Assembly (NCBI GenBank): GCA_009103225.1
Contig: RHPI01000277.1
Span: 82,652-146,651 of the forward strand
DNA: 64,000 bases
Direction: 5' to 3'
Source of the DNA: Chlorokybus atmophyticus
Lineage: Eukaryota > Plantae > Mesostigma and Chlorokybus algae
Position numbers and translations under genes: made by a program. A model generated the notes under the pieces. That model was not told the origin of the DNA, did no database searches, and saw only the letters and a program-made list of their open reading frames with translations. Of this stretch, positions 47,811 to 59,857 are shown piece by piece (the first letter of the stretch is position 1; every line of letters starts with the position of its first letter).

Positions 47811-49056
47811 TGGCGTTGTGCTGGAACCCTGTACATTTGTATACAGTGTGCTTTGCTCGGTTGAACGGCTTCTCAAGGCAAGGCCCACGTTGGCTCAGCT
47901 ACCTTAGCATCGCACACGCGCACATTAAACACAGGCATACAATATGCGAAAAGAGCACTGACTGACTGAGCGGCTCACTTAGTCAGAGCAGTGCTCCCGG
48001 AGAGGTAAAATCCATAGCCTTGTTGCACAGCACCCATGTTCACTGCACTCAGACAGCAATGTATGCATGCGAGTGCGTGCATGCCAGTGCACTGTAGCAG
48101 CAGCTCAGGTGACAGAAGCAGATGAAAGAGAGACACGCATTCGCTTATTCGCGAATCCCCACCGGGCGCAAAAGAATTGCGCGCGTGTGGGTAACCATCC
48201 AAAGGCAGTATTGGAGAATGGTTACGAATTTTCATTGTGAGGAAGTCGACTGAGTCGGTGCGCAGGGTCGCTCCTGCGCGCGGCAATGTGGCATGTCGCC
48301 GCGGAAACCACGTGGCAAGACCGGTAATGGCTGGTCATGACCGAACGCGAGCAAGTCTTGCCGGTCATGAAGGACCAAGATGTGCAGGTTCAATCGCGGT
48401 TAAAGTTGGATCGAATGCCGGTTAATGCGGAATAGGCTAAGAAGGGCTTATGAAGCATTAATAAGCAATACACAACCTCTCATGGTAGCGACATTTGCTA
48501 CCATGGCCTCGTTGGCTAAGCCACGAGTTACACTTGTTGCGGACTTCTTCATGTCTAATGTCCATCGGGGTAGTTCAAAAGCTCTACTTGGCCTTCATTT
48601 AAATATTGCGATTGTTGTTGGCTGTGAATGTATCTGGGCGTGCAACTTGCATGGCCTCTTTCCGCTTTGGGGGTTTGCTTTTAGCAACTCTTGTGAAAGT
48701 TATATGATGGTGACATTTATGGTTGAGTAACTCCAGCGCTCTTCAATTGTTGTTGAACACGCTTTCCTGCTAGTAGTGTAGGGCCCTGGTCGTGATTGGA
48801 TGTTGTTGCTCTGCTATGCGACCGCATGCAAATCATATGTACTGTTGTTGATCACCTCCAAAGACGGTGGTCATATTTGCTTCCGACGCAATCTCACATG
48901 GCTTGTACAAGCATTTTAACGTCACATATGCTTACACTGTCAGCCATGTGCTCTAACTTGCACCAAGCTCAAAGGCCCCCTAACAGCCCTAGATGCTTTT
49001 GGCCGAGAGACACCACAACCCACCAACAACATGTTGGCTCGCGTGTTGTACGCCCC

Positions 49057-50811
49057 TTACACTTGAGACCCCAACTCAGGCCACATGCTTTTCACCAGCT
49101 TCCGGAACCACTCCTGATCCCTTACAAGATCAAAGTCCCGATCCTTCTCCAACTCTTTCACATCAATCCCGCCCGCATCAACGAGTTGTCGCAGTGCGAA
49201 CGCCGCATCGTGTTGTTGCCCGCACAACGCGGAGACAAGAAACCAGTTGTACATTGCGTCGCACTGCTCCAAGAAGGATGTTGTGGCCCATATAGAATCG
49301 GACCCGCGGTCGCCGGCGAGCACGCGCTTGTAGAAGTGGGCGCTGTGGGTGAAGTGGGCGTGTGCGGAGGGGGGGTCGGAGGAGGACTTGAGCTTGCCCG
49401 CGGTCATGTGGGTCTCTGTGAGTAGCATGGTGGTGAGACATGATGCGTGCGTGCAACTTGCTGTGACATGCCCTTTCAGAGTTGCATGTGAGCGCGCATG
49501 GGCATGTGTGTGTACTTGTGCATTTGTATTGCATGCACGCGCGCGCGTGTCTACCTGACAGATGCTTGTACGTGTAACATGTTGTGACATGCTCTTTCAG
49601 ACGTGTGTACGCGTGCGTGTGCGCATGCATGCAGTGTTGTGATGTCCTTGCCTGCCATGCCAAGGGCGGCGTCCGTGTTGTTGGCGCTAACGAGGAGGGC
49701 GGCTTTGTACCCGTCGTTAGCGGCAGCCTCAAGCAGGCGGAAGCCTTCCTCCTGCCGTCCTTCCGTGCACAGCCTCTCACCATGTGCTGAGTACCAACAA
49801 CAAAAGTAAGGACGGCAGCCTGCGCTTGACGTGTGCTTGGTTGTGCGTCATCTTCAACATAGGAGAAGGTGCATGCACGCGCAACCCCATGAGTTTGAGC
49901 CCACCAACATGCGCACACGTGGGTGCGTACATGCTCAAGTGCCGTGTACACGCAACGCATGCAACGCCTGATGCATGCATGTGCACACCTAAGCGCGCAC
50001 ACACACCCCAGCACGCTCGCAGGCACACACGCATGCGCCAGCCTGGCACACACCCAACATGCATCCCACTCACGCACCTGCCAGGACGTCCCCCAGCGCA
50101 TTGAGCGTATCCGTATCCGTCCCCTTCCTCATCCCCGCCGCCGTCCTGAGCTTCTCCTCCGCTCTCTCATACGCCCCCTCCGCCTCCCCCCCCCTCCCCC
50201 GCCCCCTCGCGTTCTGCGCGTAGGAGTACAGCCCCACGCCCCAGTCGTGCAGCAGCCCCGCCAGGTCGTGGCCCAGGCGCGAGTCCGAGGCAGAGCACGC
50301 CGACGCGTACGCGGCGAAACCGCGCTCGTACGCCGCCAGGCCGCGAGCGTAGCGATCCTCGTCCTCGTGGTGGTGGCCGTCGAGTTCAGCGAGGTGGATG
50401 GAGCAGGAGGCGAGGCTGGACAGCGAGTCGGGGTCGGGGGAGGAGGTGGAGTGGGAGAGGGCGGCGGCGTAGAGCTCCTCTGCGCGATGAAGAAGCGCCT
50501 GGGGGAGAATGGCTCTGTGAATGTGCGTGCGTGTGCGCGCATAGGCGTATGTGCGCGCATGGTTGTATGTGCACGTGCGTGCGTGCGTGAATGTGTGTCT
50601 GTGTGATTCTGTGATGTGTGTGTGTGTGCACGCTCACATGCATGGATAGGTTCGTACGTGTGCAAGTGCATGTGCAGGTGCACGCGCGTGCACGTGTGTG
50701 TGCATGCGTGCAGTTTCGAGTGTGTCTATGTGCGTGTTCGAGGATGCGTGCATGCTTGCTGCACACGCACGCACGCACGCACGCATCTGCACGCATATCC
50801 ATACAACCACC

Positions 50812-50906
<95 letters not shown>

Positions 50907-52159
50907 NTTCATGTCCCTTCCCGTCTCCCCCATGGCCATCCTCTCCATCGCGTCCGCGGCCCCGCTCACGGCCTCCTCGTAGTCGTCATCACCACCGCCA
51001 AGCGATGCAACCGCGTGCTCGTAGGACGCCGCGGCCTCGTGCGTGAGAGACATCGCGGTGTGATGGGCAGAAGATTCTGTGATCGGTGCGTGTGCGTGTG
51101 CGTGTGCGAGTGTGTGTGAAACAGACATGTTGGGAGCTGAGTCGCACCTAGTTTGGCCGTCTCGGCGCTGAGCATGCGGGGCGCCTTGGCTCTAGCCGCC
51201 AGCACCACTGTGTCCGCGAGTCGCAACAAGGTCCCTCCCTGATTTGTTGCGAGTAGCGCAGAGTCAAACAGGTTGCGGTTGACCTCAATCTCCCACCCAC
51301 TCAACAACGCACGCACTCTTGCACTCACACGATCGCGCACTGCATGCGGTCGCGGCTCGCACTCGGCCACCCGCTCACTCACTCACTCACTCTGGGGTCA
51401 CGCGCTCACACTCGCAACAGCAACAGCAACACCAACTACATACCAGCAGTAGAAGTCTCTGCCGTACGCGTCCATCGCCAGCGACCAAGCCGCTCACCGC
51501 GGACGCGGACGAGGCGGCGGGCTGATGCTGATGCTGATGCTGCTGGTTGTCATTGAGGCTGTGTCGCAGGAGTTCGGCGGCGCGTTCGAGGAGTGGCAGC
51601 GACTCCGCGGGGCTGCCGCGACGGTCGGCGCGCTGGAGGAGGGACTCAGCCTCTGCTCAGAGAGAGAGAGAGAGAGAGAGTGTGTGTGTGTGCGCGCGTG
51701 TGCGCGTGTGTGTGTGTGTGTCAAGGTACAAACGTTGCCCTTCCATTATTCACCACCATACCTATAGATAGATACTACACATCTGCGAACCGAAAATGAG
51801 ATACTCTTCATGCGCTTTGGAATGGAAGAATTGCCAATATGGTTGGTATGTTGTGCTGTGTGTGTCATGCTGCACTCATCCTGCATGTGTGCAAGACGCG
51901 AACGCATGCACCGCGCTGGATCAGCACAAGTGGCTTGAAGAAAGTGGTGGGCGTTGGAAAAAACCAACTGTACATCATACAAGCGTGTTTTGCATGCGAG
52001 TGGCAAATGGAACCAAACACCAAAAAGAGAAACTGCATGCAAACACAAACTGCATGCACCTGCCAGCACAGGGTCCTCCCCAGACTTCCCAGGAGCTCCT
52101 CCACCTCCACCTCCACCTCTTCCTTCTCCTCCTCGACCTGCTCCTCGTCGACGCGGCAT
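49057..52159 (-). CDS. TPR-like repeat protein, 7 exons (52159-52060, 51652-51444, 51238-51148, 51076-50811, 50498-50078, 49786-49652, 49415-49057)
   Basis: Continuous frame through all six junctions: MPRRRGAG..DPVLA|EAESLLQRA..LLERAAELL..|GGTLLRLAD..|..ASYEHAV..|ALLHRAEELYAAAL..DLAGLLHDWGVGLY..NALGDVLA|AHGERL..DGYKAALLVSANNTDAALGMA|ETHM..YNWFLVSALCG..LEKDRDFDLVRDQEWF..*. Helical TPR-like motifs and the C-terminal D.DF..(L/V)R...WF motif typical of TPR proteins. Intron 6 needs a GC donor. Confidence 0.8.
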
Positions 52160-52678
52160 CCTTCGCCCGCCGCCGCCGCCGCTGTTGCCGCCGCCGCTTC
52201 GGCTAGCTCGGTTAAACGGTCAGTTAGGTTAACTGATAGCAAACCCAGGTGTCAGCTGAGTTGTAGATATCTCGTATGCAAGAGGGGGCGCTGACGGATA
52301 TCCTTACGGCAGGAGAAGATGTCATAACCCTAACCCAGCTTGCCTGGCTGACGCTTAAACTGAGGAGGCGGCGGCGGCGGCGGCGGTGGTGGTGCTGTCC
52401 AAGGCGTTGGAGGCCAAGCTGCGGGTGCATAGGACAGCTGCTGAAGCGGTCTTGGCTTGGAGGCAGTTGCTGGTTGCGGATTGCTGTTGTCTGCAGTCGT
52501 CGTTGCGGAGGGGAGGCCGTGTTTCGTCTGGCCTGGCCTGGTCTACCGTAGGTGGTCTGGCCTGGCCTGGCCTGGGCTGGACTGATTGGTTCGGGTCAGC
52601 ACAGCACGCGGACCTGGCCAGAACGCAGAACACGAACGACTCAATTAGAGTTGCACGACACCGCAGTAAACAGACAGC
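52160..52678. promoter_or_regulatory. Bidirectional promoter region (TPR-like / bL17) with telo-box-like AACCCTAACCC (52326-52336), (GGC)n and (GGCCT)n
   Basis: 519 bp between divergent ATGs; telo-boxes are established in plant ribosomal-protein promoters. Confidence 0.55.
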
Positions 52679-53889
52679 ATGGTGACGCATAGGGTAGCGT
52701 TCCGCAAGCTTGGCCGTCCCACCGCGCACAGGCTGTCCATGCTCAAGACCATGGTCTCGCAGGTGCGCGTGTGTGTGATTGTACGTTGGTGTTTGTGAGT
52801 TTTGTCTTGTTGATGGTTTGTCGTTAACCGCAAGCGATCCCTGTGTCTTCACAACCACTCGAGAGACTAGCATGCTAGCAAAATCTGTTTCGTCCTTCAC
52901 TTCACTTCACTGCAAGCAAGGGGCACCTTGCTCCGGTGTCAGTGTGTAACCACTTGGGAGCTTGAGTGAGCCTCGTGTTGTTGTCAATGTTGGCACTCTT
53001 TATCGCATTTGCACGGGTACGAGTGTGACAACACAACACCAGCTTATGTGTCACACAAGCCGCCTCTCAACCAACTTAACAGGAAGTGCATGGGTTTGTG
53101 TGTTGCTGACACAGCCATGCAATGCGTGTGTCGTTGCACCGGTCAATCCATTTGTTGCTTTGCTCGTTGCATTGCCTTTGCTGCTCAGTAGTTAATTGTC
53201 AAAACCAGTCGCACCTAGAGCAGTGGTGTCTGTCAACATTTCAAACTTTGTGTCAGTTATTGTGGAAATGCATAGAGTGAGACAATTCAAGGCATGTGGT
53301 TTTGTTGGCTGGAGGTTGACGTGTGTATTGTTGTTGCGTGTGCAGTTGATCGAGCACGAGAGGATTGAGACGACGGTGGCGAAGGCGAAGGAGCTGCGTC
53401 GCGTGGCGGACCAGGTGGTGACGATGGGCAAGGAGGGCACGCTCGCCGCGCGACGACGCGCAGCCGCCGTCGTGCGAGGAGACCAAAACCTGCAGAAGCT
53501 GTTCACGGTCCTTGCCGATCGATACAAACACCGAGAAGGTGGGGGCGTGCACACACACACGCGCACGCACATGTGCACATGCACACCTGTCAGTGCGCAC
53601 GCGCTGTGTGTGACACACATGCACGCAAGCACAAACATGCATCGCACACTCAGGCATACACATGCACACGCACAAGCGGTGATTGACACACGCACGTGCA
53701 GGCGGGTACACGCGCGTGCTGCAGACGGGTCAGAGGCAAGGGGACGGCGCGCACATGGCGTACATCGAGTACGTCGATCGAGACGGGGAGCTGCGGCCGG
53801 CGCGACCACCGCGACCACCGTCCATGATGCAACACACGTCCATACTCCCGCCCGCAGCCCAGCCATCAACATTACCATCGAGCCAATAG
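52679..53889 (+). CDS. RPL17: Ribosomal protein bL17, mitochondrial type, 3 exons (52679-52762, 53346-53538, 53702-53889)
   Basis: [28 protein letters not shown]|[65 protein letters not shown]|[36 protein letters not shown]; GT-AG introns, phases consistent; no plastid transit peptide, and the C-terminal EYVDR.GELRP matches plant mitochondrial bL17 (bacterial rplQ family). Confidence 0.95.
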
Positions 53890-54448
53890 TCTTACCAACT
53901 GCTTGTGTCATCAGCCTTGCGCATTCACATAGTTCGTGTCACGCGACTCGTGTGGCACATGAGGCTGAAAAGGAGCACCGTTACATGCAAACGCAGACTT
54001 GTATTGCGAGGCACGAGTGAAGCGTAGTCCCCTTGAGGATAGCAGCGTGCAGCTTGACAACATTTGCACACAACGCAGATAAGGTTCGCACCACGCTGCT
54101 CCCATGGATGAGGCTTCCATCAATTGCTGACTCAATGCAGTGCTTGAGCTTATATATATTGCCTTTTGCGTCTTGCACCTTAAACATTATGGTGACTAGC
54201 TGTGCATTTTTGTGTTCGCGTGCACACATAAGCGAAGTCGCATTTTTGTTGGCCAACATATCTGTATTTCACCTCATCATAATGTCTGTTGTACCAACCG
54301 TCGGTATGGTATGGTTCACAACAGGCAAGGAGCAAGTGCATACACTATCCATGAGCTCTACCAGTTGACATCAATATCTGATGTCGAGTGAGTCTGTGTG
54401 AGTGTGCGTGTGCACGTGAGTGTGTGTGTGGATATGTGCATGCATGTG

Positions 54449-57400
54449 TCACTTTTTGACGCGTATGCGCTTGGCGACCTCCCTGATGTTGGAGAAGATG
54501 CGCTCCCCGACGAGGTCCTTGCGGCCCGCGGCAACCCTGGCGATGTCCTGCAAGAGGCCGTGGTTGCCCATGATGTCAATGTGGTCTCCGGAGCGCGTGC
54601 CACGCCCCTCCACGATGACGTTGGTCGGCGCCACGTGCGGAAACTCCCTCTCTATAACCTGTTGGGCAATGCGTTGAGGGAAGACGTTCGTCGTAGTATA
54701 CAAGTATACATCGACTAAATGTGAAATCCTGGAGCAGGACAGGAAATGTGCGTGTAAGCCTACGTGCGTCTATAGGCGTGCGTGCGTCTTTTTACCTTCA
54801 TCTTGTGTGGGTTGAACCTGCTGGGCGGTTGCCACGCGTGCGCACACATGTACTCCCCGCTAATCAATGGCACCGTGACATCACCAGCACCCAACCTCGT
54901 GCCACTCTGCAGGCACAATTACACGCATCAAACGCACACCCACACGCGCACGCGCATCAGCAAACCCAAAACTCATCTTGCCACAAACAGTCTCAACATT
55001 CTCCCTTACGTCCATTTTTTTGGCGGGGTCGGTGGCGCTCGTGTTGATGGACAAGCGCACCTCCCGGAACGTGCCGTTCGCGGTGGGCAGCACCGTCATG
55101 TCGTACGCAAACCCGCGCTCCGTGTCAATGCCCACACCATTGAAGCAGTACATCGTCGTCGTCGGCGCGTCCGGCAACCTACGCAATGAGTGATACACGC
55201 TCTATCTAAGTTGTGATCCACAACGACTTGTGTTTGTACTTTACAAGCACGTATGTTTGTGCTCGGACAATCAATCTACAATGCGCATGTGCGTGCGTAT
55301 GTGCGCGCGCACACGTACATGGAGCAATCTGACACAAATCACATGTGTTTACGACAGCCACAGCTTCCATAACAAGTGCACTTACTTGGTTTCGAGGGCG
55401 TTGCCCCAGTATCTCGGGTGGTTGTACTCGTCAGCCGCGAGGTCAGCACCCTCGGGTGCGGCCCCGTGGCTGTACTCCGCGTCCATGCGCTCCATAAACG
55501 CAGGGGCCGCCTCGCGAAGCAGGTCGAGGGCCTCGTTCACCGTCAGCGTGTTCTGCTTCGCTATCTCTGCGGGGGGAGACAACGAGGTGTTAATGTGTTT
55601 TCACGCACACTCACGTGTGCACGTGTATAATGTGGTGGTGCGCTCACTGTCAAATGTCTCGACGGGGATTTTGATGCCGGCCTCGTGCTTCGCCTCGGAT
55701 CCAGGCTTGTGATCACCGTACACAGTCGTATCCTGTATAGTTGCAACGACAACAACAACTTGTTACAAATTAGTTGACGAACCAAGAGGCGTAAACGGAA
55801 ACTGCTAGACTGTCTTCACATAGGCTCACACGTACACACGCAAGCGCTCACATGCACACGCGCACCTGAGTGGACATGTCAATGTGGCTGCCGAGCGGCT
55901 TCCCCTCCTTCTTCTCTTTCGGCGACGGCGTGTGATGCACCGTAAACTGTGCACCACCAAACCACATAAACACGTAAACCAACATCATCCCCCGGTACCA
56001 CCTCAGGCAGAACCAGCGTGCACGCATCGCCACATAACCACAACACATCCCCCCCTCACCTGCATGAACTGTCCGTAGGTGATGTCGGGCGCGGTGCGGT
56101 TCTTCCCGTCCTCAGCAACATCGTCCGCGGCGTAGTCCATATCGCCCCACACGGCGTTCCCGCCTTTGGGCAGCATGCTCGGCACAACACCAAACGTGCG
56201 AAACAACTCACGCACCTGCCAGGGGTAATCATCATGAGGACAGAGCTTGTTTGGGGTAGCGTGCGAGTAGTAGTAGCTTACTGTTGTTGCGGCGAAGTTG
56301 GTGACGAAGTCTGCGATGAACGGCGTGGCGGCGAGGACGTTGGCGGTGTCGCGCATGTCGCCGCTGAGGAGCGTTGTGACAGACTTCAACGCACCTGTCG
56401 ACGAACAACAGGGTTTACCCGATGATAGGCACGCGCGCGCTCGTGTGCGTACGTGGGTGTGTACACGCGTGCTTGCATGCAGGTGTGTGCCATGTGCTCG
56501 TGCATGCATGCGTGCATGCGTACCTGTGTGCGATTGTGTACGTGGCGTGTGTACGTGTCTGTGTGAGTGCGCGCGCACACATGCGCATATGCACCATAAC
56601 GCTTGTGTTCGTGTTGAGAAAAAGAACACATACCCAAGTATGGTGGGCCGATGTTGACAACAGCCTCAATGTGTTCCTCCACCCACTTGGGCCCGCCATT
56701 GCCACCGATGCGAGGACCTCCCGCACGCGCCTGCAACCCAACACTTGCTGTTACTTAGTGTTACACAATCAGAGCACAACATGACAAAGGGCGTAATGCG
56801 TGTTTATACCACAGCGTCTGGGTCGGCTTCGACCCATTTGAGGAAGAACAGCGTGGTGAGGGCGCCAAGAGAGTGCGTGTACATGACCGTGCGCTCGCCG
56901 TGGATAAGCTTCGACACTTCGATCTGGTTCTTCAACCGCGTGTAGTATCTGTCTCGCACCTGGCAGAGAACAACAGGCATGCTTGAAGCAACCGATGGTG
57001 CACACATACAAATCCACACACGAACATGCGCGCGCGCATGCGCACACACATACACGCGCATGCGCACACGCACACGCACACGCACACCCACATCCACATC
57101 CACACACGCGCGTACGTGCATGCGCGCGCGTACTCAAACACACACACCCACCTCCAAGTTGGTGAGTGACAGCCGCCAGTCCATCGACGCCATGTGCATG
57201 TTGCTTTCATCATACCCTGCACGAGCGCTTCCCACAGTGAATACAAGTACAAGTACTCATTGCGCGAGCGCGTGTACACAACGACAACCCAACACAACAG
57301 TACCGAGCGCTGCGAGGGTTTCGATGATGGGTGCCCAGACGTAGTACATGGCGATAAAGTAGTCGCCGGAGCCGAGTCCCGAGGCGGGCCGCAGCTTGAT

Positions 57401-59435
57401 GCCCGGAGGGTCCAGACCCGTCTCGTTGTCCAGCTTGATGTGCTCGAACCAGCACGACGGGTCGCCCAGCAAACGCCACACGAACGGACCGCCCCACATC
57501 CTCTGTGAAAATGGTAATGGGTGGGTGGGTGGATGCGTGTGTGTGCGCATGCGTATGTGCATATGTACGTGTATGCAGTGGGTGCGTGCGTGCGTGCGTG
57601 CTTGTGCACGCTTGTTTGCGTGTGTGTGCATGTGCGTGTGCGTGTGTGAGACCCATCATCACCATCACCAGCATCATCATCACCTCTCGGAAGTGGTGTG
57701 CTGCGCACTCGCGTCCCTGCCAGAGCTCGAGGCCGATGGATCCGATCCCCGGCATGAACACGACGGGGTGCTTTGCGCGCAGGCCCTCGCGCGCCAGCGC
57801 CGGACCGGGCGTGTCTTCGATCTGCGCATGCGTGCACAAGTCCACATCACACACCAATGCTGTGCGCTATTACTCTTTCACTCAGTCCAATGTTGTGACA
57901 ACTTTCACATGCAACCTTTGCTGCTTGCTGTGCAGTTACAAGCATGCATGACAACTCATCCCTCAAGCTTAAGCATTGCCTCGCTGACTACACGCAGTAT
58001 TGTGTACCAATACGATGTTTGCACTCGAGGTGGACATTGCGCATCAAGTTCTGTGTGAATAGCACTCCAAGCCGCAACAGAACACACGCACGCATACCAT
58101 CCGCTGTGGCACACCATCGACACCCTTACCTTTGATCCAGTAATGTGCGCTGCGATCTTCTTGGGGTCCACCACGTGCTGTTTTGACATGAGGAGTAGCA
58201 GCAGGTACACCGAGGTGAAGAGGCCGACCCACCAGAGCGTCCCGTTGAGGCAGCACGCCACGCCGTTCTTGTGACCACCACCACTACTGTGCTTCTTCTT
58301 CTCTCCCTTCCTCTTGTTGTCGCTCCTGCCGTGATCGGAAGCATCCGTCTCGCCCTCGGTGGCTGTCTCGCGCTCGGAGTCGTGGCGTTGCTGCTGCTGT
58401 TGTTGATGTTGTTGTGATGTCGGTTGCTGCTGCTTGGCTGCGGGCTGCTTGGCCTGTGCATGTGTGTAAGTGAAACCGAAGGACAACTCGCACTACTACT
58501 CGTTGGCCTGCCTGTGCATGTTTGCGCCAATGGTGAGCATGAATGCTTAACTGAAGCTGCATGCTCTCCCATAGGCATTGGGAACACACATGCAAGTCTG
58601 CTCGGACATGTCATGTGACATGTCCGAACAACTGGTAGGTGACAATGTGGTGCCTGGATTGACGTGCTCGCAGCCTGCTGCTATGCTACCGCGTCATGAC
58701 ACAGCGCGGATGAACATGAACAATATGTTGGGTCCTGATGTGCGTATGCTGTAGATGTGTACGCGCGTATGCTTGTGTATGTGTGTGTGCATGCGTGTGG
58801 GCGTAACTTCAAGAGGTTGCCAGCAACCAATACGGGGTCACCCACCTGCTTCGCTGCTGGCTTCTCCTTCTCTTTCTGCGGCTTCTTCTCAGATGTCAGC
58901 GGCTTAACTGCGCTGTTCACCTTTCCAAAGCAACAAAACCACAATGAGGGTGCATTACACACACACGCGCACACACACGCGCACGCGCACGCGCACGCGC
59001 GCATGTATGCATGCGTTGTGTACATGTAATGCATTGTGCAGAACCTTGTGCGGAAAGCATGTACTGTGCAAGCAACACACTGCATTGCACAATGAGTGAG
59101 AATGTGCATCACACACTGTGTCAAACAGATGCGTATGCGCGTATGTACATGCTCATCATGCAAAAACTGCTTGCCTTTTCCTTCATATCATCCAAACTAG
59201 CTTTCAGCTTGGCGGTAACATCCTCGGCAAGCTTGCCAGTGGCGGCGGCGGCGGCGTCCTTCTTGTGCTTGTTGTTGTTGTTGTTGTTCGTCTCCGCATG
59301 GACGACGTCACCCACTTCGTCGTCGTCGTCGTGGTCGCCCGGGGTGGCGAAGCCCTCCTCGTCCGATAGAAGCAGGAACGGGTTGCTGCCGTCGCCCTTC
59401 TTGCCGCCCTTGCCTCTGAAGCGAAGGTCCGCCAT
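54449..59435 (-). CDS. PDAT: Phospholipid:diacylglycerol acyltransferase (LCAT/Lro1 family), 15 exons
   Basis: Exons 59435-59175, 58920-58846, 58453-58130, 57821-57684, 57502-57304, 57216-57152, 56959-56810, 56730-56634, 56394-56282, 56215-56060, 55732-55648, 55566-55386, 55178-55010, 54906-54796, 54658-54449; phases consistent. Motifs: N-terminal TM (TLWWVGLFTSVYLLLLLM), HPVVFMPG..GLELWQG, RMWGG, LDNETGLDPPGIKLR, MDWRL, THSLG (Ser), SMLPKGG..WG, HPRYWGNALETKLP, GVGIDTERG, GDVTVP (Asp), SGDHIDIMGN (His). Confidence 0.93.
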
Positions 59436-59857
59436 GGCTGGCAGCAAACCTAGCCTGGGCGCATTCAATGTCAGACACCAGATTAGGCCAAGCCAGGCCA
59501 GGCTAGGCGAAAAAAAAAACACAGCTCACCAGGCCACAACAGACCAGACCAGGCCAGACCTGTGTTTGGCCTGCAATGCATGCGGAGCAAATGACACCGC
59601 TTACCTCCACGGCCGCCCCGCCCTGCCTCGCCCGCCGCCGCCGCCGCCGCCGCCGCCGGCCTGGCCTTCTCGGCCTGGAGTGGACACAACGGCTGGCACA
59701 AGAACAATTTTGCAAAACAAATTCACAAGGTTGGCGTTGATATCGGCGATCTTCAGTATTGCCCACAACACAGCAACAAGTCGGTACGAAAAAGTAACAA
59801 ACAAACTGATCCACAAGCTGCTTTGCTTGGCTGAGCGGCGTTGGGGCGGTGGCGGCG
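59436..59857. promoter_or_regulatory. Bidirectional promoter region (PDAT / UGlyAH) with (AGGCC/AGACC)n and (CCG)n
   Basis: 422 bp between divergent ATGs; pentamer repeats at ~59485-59560, (CCG)n at ~59630-59657. Confidence 0.5.

Noticed and set aside
48108-48330. Short frame ETRIRLFANP..VGNHPKAVLENGYEFSL / PTGRKRIARVWV (faintly like ribosomal S9)
   Set aside because: Interrupted by stops, no further matching motifs; likely chance.
48300-48375. Pseudoknot as an HDV-like ribozyme
   Set aside because: No P3/L3, P1.1 or J4/2 segment; the second 3' strand follows the first directly.
48720-48900. Minus-strand TTVFGGDQQQYI..NNN*RA resembles UvrD/SF1 helicase motifs III-IV
   Set aside because: Three stops in about 55 codons and only loose similarity; cannot be supported without an HMM search.
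50966-51382. ORF MSERVAECEP... as the first exon of the TPR gene
   Set aside because: It starts at a GTG within intron 2; the true exon is 51238-51148 and the frame continues upstream to the ATG at 52159.
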